A stretch of DNA of 34,885 nt from an uncultured Nitrososphaerota archaeon (GTDB lineage Archaea; Korarchaeota; Korarchaeia; Korarchaeales; Korarchaeaceae), in assembly GCA_964618805.1 (NCBI GenBank), contig CAZUBM010000021.1, forward strand, positions 1 through 34,885, read 5' to 3'. Each line of letters opens with the position of its first letter. The first letter of the stretch is position 1. This document shows positions 27,558 to 34,885 of this stretch, piece by piece. The notes beneath the pieces are model-generated. The model searched no databases, had not been told where the DNA came from, and saw only the letters and a list, made by a program, of their open reading frames with translations. Both the position numbers and the translations under genes were made by a program.

Positions 27558-29267
27558 TCAACCTCCCACAACAAGAGGCTCAGGATGCCTTATCTCGCTC
27601 TCATCTATGATGTAATTGGATAATTGAACTGTGTACCACTCCTTGAACTTCTGCTTTACCTCACTCACTACCCCTTTCATTAGATCTTCGTCCAATACAC
27701 TGCTTTTAACGTAGAATGTCCTTCCATAGCTTGTCTTAGCAATTTTTCCATTCATAACAACAATTTCTCCATTCTTTATCGTACAATAAGCGTATTTGAA
27801 TGCCTTTACTATTCTGTCGGGATCGTTCAAGTCCTTTGTTGGATCCAGATCATATATGGCTATATCAGCGTCCGCTCCTTCGCCAAGTTGACCTTTCCTG
27901 TCTTCTAGACCAAGAAGTTTTGCAGGCGCTGCCCTAGTTGAGATGGCAATCTCGTACAGGGAGTACTCTCTGTCTATATCTGGAAGAACTGATCTCCTCC
28001 TTGCTGTCTTATTTATCTTCTCCAAGACCTCCTCCCTCGCCTTCTTGCTCATAAGCCATGAAATGAGCCTTGGATATCTCGTAAAGGGTCCTCCATTTGG
28101 ATGGTCTGTGGTTGGAACGACTCTCCATGGATCTTTTATTAACAAGGCTAGTTCTAAGCCTATACACCACTGAACTGCATTTACAATCGATTTCTTCTTG
28201 TACTTAAAGGGAACTATGCCAGAAGCGGACTCAACTTCCACCTCTGATCCAGCCCACTTCCTTATGGGGGTCATATGGAAGAGAGCGAACTCAAAGGGAG
28301 CATCGGCCGTCATAGTTGTGGCACCTCCAAATATCACCTGGCCCATGTCGATGCTGACATGTTCATGAGCATTTACGTAGTCAGCTATCTCAGGGGCCCC
28401 ACTTCTTAATGCAGGCCAGTTGTCTCCTTTGTAAGAGTTGAACTGGGCATGAGTAATGTGTATTGTAATGCCATCACCCATTCCTTCTAAAGCTCTCATG
28501 GTTTCTAATGTGGTTGAGTAGTTGCCAGGTATACCAAGCCTATTGCAATGCACATGAATTGAATGTGGTAGTTTTAACATCCGATTAACCTTACACAGCC
28601 CAGTGATTATTTCTCTTGGGGTAATGCCAAAGCTTGGGATCTCATCATCAAGATCTAGACCGTATCCCTTTCCTTGGCTCCATAGTTCAGCTACTCCTGG
28701 ATCCACAAGTTTAAGGGCATATCCCTTTATGGCATCCAGCAACCATGCCACGAAGGCAGCACATTTCTCGATTTCTCCTTTGCTTATGTAATCCAATATA
28801 AACCAGTTCGAATCTACCAAAGGAAAGCAGGCCTTATCCAAGATTGGGATGTCGTTTAGTTCCTCGTGAGTATGCCTAGTCTTTAGCGGTGGTGTTGCAG
28901 GCTCGATAACGGTAGTCCACCCCATTCTCGCATACTTGTAGCCAATTGAGGCAACTGTAGGAGTAGTTTTTCCGGTGCCAGACCTTTTTACGCCTGTAAC
29001 TGCCTTAATGAAGCTAATATAATGGTCCTCAGGTCTCAATAGTCTTCCGACGTTAACCTTTGGTCCAGCAATGTGGGAATGGAGGTCTACGCCTCCTGGC
29101 ATCACTGTCTTGCCCCTAGCATCGATTACCTTAGCATTTCTTTCATCAAGCTTGCTTGGATCGACTATCTTCCCGTCCTTCACTCCTATGTCCAGCTTCT
29201 CCCCTTTTACACCGTTAATTGGGTCGAAAACATAACCGCCTTTGACTATGATCTCCATATCAGACAC
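27558..29267 (-). CDS. fwdA: Formylmethanofuran dehydrogenase subunit A (amidohydrolase)
   Basis: VMPGGVDLHSHIAGPKVN, YARMGWTT, RHTHEE, LPHSIHVHCN.LG.PGN, HITHAQF, TTMTAD, TTDHPNGGPF. Confidence 0.96.
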   Translation of the reverse strand: MSDMEIIVKGGYVFDPINGVKGEKLDIGVKDGKIVDPSKLDERNAKVIDARGKTVMPGGVDLHSHIAGPKVNVGRLLRPEDHYISFIKAVTGVKRSGTGKTTPTVASIGYKYARMGWTTVIEPATPPLKTRHTHEELNDIPILDKACFPLVDSNWFILDYISKGEIEKCAAFVAWLLDAIKGYALKLVDPGVAELWSQGKGYGLDLDDEIPSFGITPREIITGLCKVNRMLKLPHSIHVHCNRLGIPGNYSTTLETMRALEGMGDGITIHITHAQFNSYKGDNWPALRSGAPEIADYVNAHEHVSIDMGQVIFGGATTMTADAPFEFALFHMTPIRKWAGSEVEVESASGIVPFKYKKKSIVNAVQWCIGLELALLIKDPWRVVPTTDHPNGGPFTRYPRLISWLMSKKAREEVLEKINKTARRRSVLPDIDREYSLYEIAISTRAAPAKLLGLEDRKGQLGEGADADIAIYDLDPTKDLNDPDRIVKAFKYAYCTIKNGEIVVMNGKIAKTSYGRTFYVKSSVLDEDLMKGVVSEVKQKFKEWYTVQLSNYIIDESEIRHPEPLVVGG

Positions 29268-31005
29268 CTCTCAACTTCTTCACCCTATCTATAAGCAGAT
29301 AGAGGATCTCTTCGTCGCTAATTACTCCTTCTGGAGGATCCACCACTTTCTTCAGCCTAAGAGAAACACCATCCATTCTGTAGGCAGTGCCCTCCTTCTC
29401 TATACCAACGAACGAAGATGGTATGAATACCCGAGCAGCAGCAGCAGTGACATTAAACCTCGGATCTATTACTATCAGAGGGATCTTAGTTAAGTTCTCG
29501 GCAGCCCTTCTAGGCAAATGTGCTAGAGGGTCGGAAGCAACGATAAGGGCTGCATCAACATCTCCATTTGACAAAAGCTCGGTAACCGTCCAGATGGCAG
29601 GGTCATGCCTTGGGAACTTTCTCATGTAATCGATGCCGAATGCATATCCTGTCATCCACAGGCTAACGTTGCAAGCTCCAGTAACATTAAAGTGGCCTCT
29701 CATTGGACAAAGAACGAATTTAGTCCATTCGTTAAGGTCTTGGACAAGCCTTATGATGTTCTCTAATGTCTCATCCTTTCCTGGACTCATTGTAACTCCA
29801 ACACCAAAGAAGACAGCCCCAAATTTGGCAGTTCTCATAATCTCAGCAAGTTGGTAAATCTTCTCTACAGGAACGCCTGCAACCTCCTCTGCCTCGATAT
29901 CAAGCTCTTTTACTGCCATCCTTAAGGCAGAAATGAGCTCATAGTCTTGGCCTGGCTTTACTTTGATGAAGAGATCTGCCATCTTTGCCATCGGCGTTTC
30001 CCTTACGTCTATCACCACAACCTTCCTCTGCTTCCTTCCTGGGACGAAAACTCCCTTAGCAAGAGCACTGTATCTCATTAGATGCCTAAGATGAGCGTTA
30101 AGGGGATTGCTCCCCCAATATACTATCAGGTCTGCCCTATTCCTTATCTGTCCCAAAGTTGCTCTGACGGTACCTACTCCCTGCACGCCTAGAACCGTTG
30201 GACCATGGCAAACAGAAGTTGTATTATCTATCACTCCTCCGAGAATCTCAGCAAGCTCTATGCCAAGAGCATTTGCCTGGATTGAGGTAGAACTCCAGCC
30301 GTAAAGCAGGGGATATTTTGAGTCGGCAAGGATTTTAGCAGCCTCCTCAATGGCTTCATTTAAACTGACCTTTACAAAAGTTCCGCCCTTTTTTACCAAT
30401 GGATGTAAAGCTCTTTCCTTCCTATGACCCAGAAACTTCGCTGATCCTATGGCACAAGCCTTCCTTACCTCTACAATAGCTCCGTTTCTTACTAAAACCT
30501 CAACATCATCGCACAGGCATCCGCAAAAAGGACAGACTACGTCTTTAAACAGTTGTTCCCCTCCGCTTCCATTTTTAGGAGCCAGCTCCTGAATAGTAAG
30601 CTCAGAGGAGCTTATCTCCTGGCCATAATATTTCTTCAGCAGCTCTTCAATGGATAAAACCCTCTCATCTGTAGGATACACCTCTGCCTCTACTCCCTTA
30701 AAAGTAGGCATACCAGTTCCGTCGGTCTCAGAACCTATGACTATATTTATCCAAGGGCTCATGGGAGCAAATGCTATTCCCGGGTGCCTTCCTTTTGCAG
30801 CAATAGCTCTTAATACTACTTCTCCATGCGATGTCTTAATTAAAACAGGCCTTCCTTCACCTATCCCTAGCAATTTCAGATCGTTTGCGTCAAGCTCAAC
30901 AACTGCAACTTTTTTAGCGTACTCTTCTCTGAGCTTGCCGGCTTCGCCCTCTATCCCCTGTTCTACAGTCCTTCCCGTAACTAGCACAACCTTAAGGGGA
31001 TTCAA
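29260..31005 (-). CDS. fwdB: Fused formylmethanofuran dehydrogenase subunits D and B (Mo/W-bis-PGD)
   Basis: The first ~128 aa are FwdD-like (LVTGRTVEQG, PWIN, TDGTGMPTFKG). FwdB follows (CPFCGCLCDD..C, SVCHGP with a Cys ligand, RNRADL, HLRHLMRY, PMRGHFNV, GTAYRMDGV). Confidence 0.93.
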   Translation of the reverse strand: MNPLKVVLVTGRTVEQGIEGEAGKLREEYAKKVAVVELDANDLKLLGIGEGRPVLIKTSHGEVVLRAIAAKGRHPGIAFAPMSPWINIVIGSETDGTGMPTFKGVEAEVYPTDERVLSIEELLKKYYGQEISSSELTIQELAPKNGSGGEQLFKDVVCPFCGCLCDDVEVLVRNGAIVEVRKACAIGSAKFLGHRKERALHPLVKKGGTFVKVSLNEAIEEAAKILADSKYPLLYGWSSTSIQANALGIELAEILGGVIDNTTSVCHGPTVLGVQGVGTVRATLGQIRNRADLIVYWGSNPLNAHLRHLMRYSALAKGVFVPGRKQRKVVVIDVRETPMAKMADLFIKVKPGQDYELISALRMAVKELDIEAEEVAGVPVEKIYQLAEIMRTAKFGAVFFGVGVTMSPGKDETLENIIRLVQDLNEWTKFVLCPMRGHFNVTGACNVSLWMTGYAFGIDYMRKFPRHDPAIWTVTELLSNGDVDAALIVASDPLAHLPRRAAENLTKIPLIVIDPRFNVTAAAARVFIPSSFVGIEKEGTAYRMDGVSLRLKKVVDPPEGVISDEEILYLLIDRVKKLRGV

Positions 31006-31925
31006 GAGGTATCACCCATCTCTCTGGCTTTCTCTATCGCATCATAGAGGTTCATCTTGTAAGGTCCAAGTTTGCCTCCGTAGTTCGCAGCTGTTATCTT
31101 CTTAACGCCCTTAATCTTTGAAGCACTTAATATGCCAGCTCCCATAGCCTTTTCAACAGCTTTAACGCTCAGTCCGTTGATTACTATCTCATATACGCAC
31201 CCTACGTCTGGAGGAACTAGTGTATCGGGGACTTTGTCTCTAATCGCGGGGCAGAATAAGTGATTAGTCGTAGCTCCAAGCTTAGGATACTTCAGGGAGC
31301 CTACCTTAGAACCGGACCTAACTATGCCTCCTGGAAAAGGAAGCACTACACCCTCCACTTTTTTCATAGCATCTACTGCCGCTTTAGCTGCTTTAAGACC
31401 AGAATCTAAACTCTCCGCGAGTATTATCAAGTTTCCACCTGCAACTCCTTTTTTGAAGCCTATTGTATCCTCGAGGACGAAGATGCCCTCCATAACGGGG
31501 ATGCGCCATACTTTCCTTCCATTTAATTCAGCTTCGACCTCAAACCCATCACCAAACTTCGCTAGGGCAGAGCCTATTCTGATCTTCCTCTTAGACTTGG
31601 GTAATCCATCAAAGACCGCTGTTGTAGCACACGTTAGGACACACTGTCCTATCCTTGCTATGACTTGGAACTTAAGTTCTGGTGCCGATCGTTGATAAAT
31701 GTGGATTAAAACCCCAGGCCTCCCATCAGGAGTCTTTTCCTTTGGAACAAGTCTTTCAATTCCAGCCTCTGCTGGGGACATTATTATGGAGGATGCAAAC
31801 CCCGTAGCTGTTCTAGCAGCAGTTAGACACCATTCTTCGTCCAAAGCTGTTATCAAAATCCGGGAGACATACATAGGAAATGCTTCTGCGAACGTATCTT
31901 CAATTTCGACAGGACCTAGCTTCAT
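31002..31925 (-). CDS. ftr: Formylmethanofuran:H4MPT formyltransferase
   Basis: IEDTFAEAF, TGFASS, EAGIE, TPDGRPG, RIGQCVLT, FGDGF, GVAGGN, PFPGGIVRSGSKVGS, VYEIVING, NYGGKLG. Confidence 0.96.
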   Translation of the reverse strand: MKLGPVEIEDTFAEAFPMYVSRILITALDEEWCLTAARTATGFASSIIMSPAEAGIERLVPKEKTPDGRPGVLIHIYQRSAPELKFQVIARIGQCVLTCATTAVFDGLPKSKRKIRIGSALAKFGDGFEVEAELNGRKVWRIPVMEGIFVLEDTIGFKKGVAGGNLIILAESLDSGLKAAKAAVDAMKKVEGVVLPFPGGIVRSGSKVGSLKYPKLGATTNHLFCPAIRDKVPDTLVPPDVGCVYEIVINGLSVKAVEKAMGAGILSASKIKGVKKITAANYGGKLGPYKMNLYDAIEKAREMGDTS

Positions 31926-32003
31926 TCTGACCGGACCATATGCAAAAGTACAAAAAATAAAGTATTTGTCTTAAGGTCTAGAGAGGTCCTATTCTTCCAG
32001 TAA

Positions 32004-32882
32004 TCAGCGCTTTGCCCTTTGAACAACGTATTTAGCTATTTCTTTGGCTATATTTACCTTCGTGACTGTCTGGATGCCTTTCCATCCTGGCTGACTGTTC
32101 ACTTCGTTTATAACTGGGCCAAAGGGGCCTTCCATAATATCAATTCCAGCAATCTCGCATCCTAAGACCCTCACGGCCTTCAGGGCCAGCTTTTCGATCT
32201 CTTCATTTGGTTTAAGAGGCTTTGGCTTAGCACCTTGTGCTACATTTGTCTTCCAGGAGTTGGCCTCCCGATACATGGCTGCAACAATTCTATCTCCTAT
32301 TACAAATACCCTAATATCCTTAGTGCCGTGTGGGATAAATTCTTGTAGGTATATTACGCTTTTTACAAGTCTAAGTCCCATAAAAATTGTTCTAGAAGCA
32401 TCCAAATCGATAAGTTTAGTTATTCCATGTCCTCTAGATCCAAAAAGTGGCTTTAAAACTACCTCTGAACCTAATCTTTCCATTAGCCTTAGGGCTTTAA
32501 CAGAACTCTCCGTAACTACTGTTTTTGGAACTGGCAATCCGTTTTCATCAAGGAGAACTAGAGCATAGTACTTATCTACGCACTTTTCTATGGCTGAGGG
32601 GTGGTTTATAACTGGAAATCCTTCTCTAGCCAGCTTGTGAAGCATGTCCATCCTAAATATTATCTCTTCCAGAGATCCTCTCCCTATGGGTCTGATGAGA
32701 AGAGCATTCAGATCCTCAAGAACATCGTAATCCCTCGCAATTATCTTTGGACCAAAACCTATCAAGGCAACGAAATCTCTAAACCTGAAGAATACAGGTT
32801 CAGATCCTAAATCCCTAAAAGCCTTATCTAGCTGTTGTGCGGACCATGATCTTGGATTTCTAGAGACTATACCTATCCTCAT
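32004..32882 (-). CDS. RimK-family ATP-grasp alpha-L-glutamate ligase (MptN/Orf5- or CofF-like)
   Basis: DKY, KPLFGSRGHG, YLQEFI, DIRVFV, WKTNVAQG, GIDI, EVNSQPGW; GSLEEIIFRMDMLH resembles the H4MPT-cluster subfamily; lies upstream of ftr. Confidence 0.85.
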   Translation of the reverse strand: MRIGIVSRNPRSWSAQQLDKAFRDLGSEPVFFRFRDFVALIGFGPKIIARDYDVLEDLNALLIRPIGRGSLEEIIFRMDMLHKLAREGFPVINHPSAIEKCVDKYYALVLLDENGLPVPKTVVTESSVKALRLMERLGSEVVLKPLFGSRGHGITKLIDLDASRTIFMGLRLVKSVIYLQEFIPHGTKDIRVFVIGDRIVAAMYREANSWKTNVAQGAKPKPLKPNEEIEKLALKAVRVLGCEIAGIDIMEGPFGPVINEVNSQPGWKGIQTVTKVNIAKEIAKYVVQRAKR

Positions 32883-32987
32883 ATAACATCAAGAAGACAA
32901 GGCTCTGGCAGGCTAAAAGAAATTCGTTTCTTTCCTTAGAGCTCATTTGATTTTTCTAAGTAGGAGCAAGAAGATTTGCGATAATAG

Positions 32988-33878
32988 TTAGCTAAGAACT
33001 CTCCTAGCGTCTTTCTCAGCATGAAGAGCTAATGATTTTAAACCATTTTCCTCTAAAAAATCTCTTTCCATAAAGAACGCTTTTGCTGAAATTTCTTTAA
33101 GTGTTTTCCAGGCCGAGGATACGACTCCAGCCCAGAAGAAATTATTTTCTCTAATTAACTTTTCGTACAGCTGTAGAACGCTTTCTTCGGAGTTAAGCTG
33201 CGCTTCAAGGAGATCTATACAACTGGCGAAGCGCAAAGCTATCTTCTCTTTCAGGAGGACACGAGCCTTTTCCGATTCTAATATATCCTCTGGGGCGTTA
33301 ATTGTCTTAAAAGGAGAGAAACCTGAAGAGAAGGGATAAAAATTGAGACAAATCGTTTTGGAAGAACCTCTTATGAAACCATCGGGCTTTCTCCAGTTGT
33401 ACTTCAACAATAATTTTGCAATTCTCTTGGCTTTTTCTGCGAAAAGAGCTTGAAAAAGCGTTTGAACGTAACCCTCATATAATGGGACGCAACACTCGTA
33501 GCCTTCAGACTCAACCATCTGCATCATTAGCCTAAGCTCATCTTGCCCGACATAGGCAGCATCTCCAGGAACTACGAGCAGGTACTCTCCTTTGGAAGCC
33601 AAGATTCCTGAGACAAAACCAATTAAAGGGGTGCTAATCTCCGGCTTAACATCTATAGCGATTCTGAAGTTTGCAACATCTTCAAGGATTTTAACATATC
33701 TTTCTCCTCTGTTCCTCTCGTTTACAGCTAATATCAGATCGTCAGCAAGATCTGCGACTACTCTTGCAATTCTTCTAAGAATAGCTTCTCCGTTCACTTT
33801 TACGAGAAGCTTGTCCCTCTGAAAAGTCTTTTGAAACCTATTCCCTTTACCACCAGCCAAGATTATTGCAGTCCACAT
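32988..33878 (-). CDS. mobA: MobA-like molybdenum/tungsten cofactor guanylyltransferase with C-terminal extension
   Basis: IILAGGKGNRF, DKLL, PLIG, VVPGD, INAPED. ORF opens at 33914; ATG at 33878 has a GGAG SD. A bis-PGD enzyme (Fwd) is nearby. Confidence 0.65.
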   Translation of the reverse strand: MWTAIILAGGKGNRFQKTFQRDKLLVKVNGEAILRRIARVVADLADDLILAVNERNRGERYVKILEDVANFRIAIDVKPEISTPLIGFVSGILASKGEYLLVVPGDAAYVGQDELRLMMQMVESEGYECCVPLYEGYVQTLFQALFAEKAKRIAKLLLKYNWRKPDGFIRGSSKTICLNFYPFSSGFSPFKTINAPEDILESEKARVLLKEKIALRFASCIDLLEAQLNSEESVLQLYEKLIRENNFFWAGVVSSAWKTLKEISAKAFFMERDFLEENGLKSLALHAEKDARRVLS

Positions 33879-33972
33879 TCTAACTCCCTTTCTTGCCTTA
33901 ATAGATAAAGTCAACGCTAGACTTAATCTTTTTCACGATTAATGCGCATTATATCATGGAATACTGGAGCAA

Positions 33973-34710
33973 GTGATTGTCTTGATTAGAATAGGGTGTA
34001 GTGGGTGGAGCTATGATCACTGGGTTGGCGTATTTTACCCAGAAGGAATGGAAAGAAGGGATTACTTCACTTACTACAGCAAGTACTTTGATACCGTGGA
34101 GATAAACTCAACATTCTATAGGCTACCCTTCAGAAACTTCGTCATAGGGTGGACTAAGAAAGCACCTAGAGGATTCCTTTATGCTATAAAGGTCAACAGA
34201 AGAATCACTCATCTAAAGAGGCTAAGAAATGCTCAGGAGGATCTCACAGATTTCTTAAAGAGGTTAAATCCGCTCAAAGAAAGGTCGTTACTAGGACCTT
34301 TACTTCTTCAGCTCCCTCCTGGATTACATTTTGACCTAAATCTCCTGGAAAGCTTCTTAAATTCCCTTCCTGAAGGCTACAGGTTCACTATAGAGTTCAG
34401 ACATAAGTCATGGCTGGGAGAAGAGGTGTACAATCTTTTGGAGGAATACAATGTTGCATTTTGTATAATTAGTTCTCCTAAGCTTCCTGCCATTGTCAAG
34501 GTAACTACTAACTTCTCTTACATAAGAATGCATGGCCGTAAGAGGTGGTATGATTATCTCTACTCTGATGAGGAGCTGAAAGAGTGGGCTGAAATAGTTT
34601 CAAAATTGCATGACGAAGGAAACGATGTTTTCATGTACTTCAATAACGATCCAAATGGTTATGCCATAAAGAACGCTCTCAAAATGAAGAAGTTATTGGG
34701 TTTAAGTTAA
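33973..34710 (+). CDS. DUF72 family protein
   Basis: IGCSGWSY..W...FYP, FDTVEINSTFY, ITH, LLQLPP, IEFRH.SW, YIRMHG, YLYS..EL, YFNND. Confidence 0.92.
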   Translation: MIVLIRIGCSGWSYDHWVGVFYPEGMERRDYFTYYSKYFDTVEINSTFYRLPFRNFVIGWTKKAPRGFLYAIKVNRRITHLKRLRNAQEDLTDFLKRLNPLKERSLLGPLLLQLPPGLHFDLNLLESFLNSLPEGYRFTIEFRHKSWLGEEVYNLLEEYNVAFCIISSPKLPAIVKVTTNFSYIRMHGRKRWYDYLYSDEELKEWAEIVSKLHDEGNDVFMYFNNDPNGYAIKNALKMKKLLGLS

Positions 34711-34815
34711 GACCCAGATTTTGCCATACATCCCAAGATCTCATTAATCGCACATCTAAAGTATGTAAAATTTTTTAACAAGCAGTAACACATCTCATGG
34801 GCATCTGGTGATAAG

Positions 34816-34885
34816 ATGCAGAGGAGGAGAGGCATAGGGGAGAAGGAGATAAACGTCCTAAAGATGCTTGTGGAGAACGGAAGGA
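34816..34885 (+). CDS. 5' fragment of a probable Lrp/AsnC-type HTH regulator (runs off the window)
   Basis: GGTGA SD then ATG at 34816: MQRRRGIGEKEINVLKMLVENGR, resembling the D..D..IL..L..N.R start of Lrp/AsnC proteins. Only 23 codons are visible. Confidence 0.45.
   Translation, partial: MQRRRGIGEKEINVLKMLVENGR

Noticed and set aside
30205-30213. Selenocysteine recoding in FwdB
   Set aside because: The ligand codon is TGC (Cys) in SVCHGP, and no in-frame TGA needs readthrough.
1-34885. tRNA/rRNA genes, CRISPR arrays, IS elements, integrases
   Set aside because: Intergenic gaps are short and AT-rich. I saw no cloverleaf-like GC-rich segment, spaced direct repeats or transposase/integrase ORFs by eye; a covariance-model scan would be needed to exclude small ncRNAs.

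Overview
Gene-dense archaeal window (GGAGG/GGTGA Shine-Dalgarno motifs, TATA-like promoters, E/K/R-rich proteins suggesting a thermophile; Bathyarchaeia-like Thermoproteota is my unverified guess). It is almost entirely one C1-metabolism supercluster carrying the H4MPT/F420-dependent Wood-Ljungdahl pathway. The methyl branch is fwdD-B fusion, fwdA, fwdC, ftr, mch, mtd and mer. The carbonyl branch is cdhABCDE with two CooC ATPases, CooT and a RACo/AcsV-type corrinoid activator. Also present are a ferredoxin-fused FrhB/FpoF-like F420 oxidoreductase, cofactor-tailoring genes (CofE-like and RimK/MptN-like glutamate ligases, MobA-like), hdrCB and a short beta-oxidation operon (thiolase, DUF35, 3-hydroxyacyl-CoA dehydrogenase, enoyl-CoA hydratase). 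No mcr, mtr, hdrA, fwdF/G or acyl-CoA dehydrogenase/ETF genes are in the window. The best candidate for an undescribed system is a convergent pair of paralogous Pol-beta-fold nucleotidyltransferases between the two branches, possibly acting in C1-cofactor biosynthesis. Two genes (MFS, second cooC) are broken by single-base losses in homopolymer runs, most likely sequencing errors. I saw no tRNA, rRNA, CRISPR array or mobile element.
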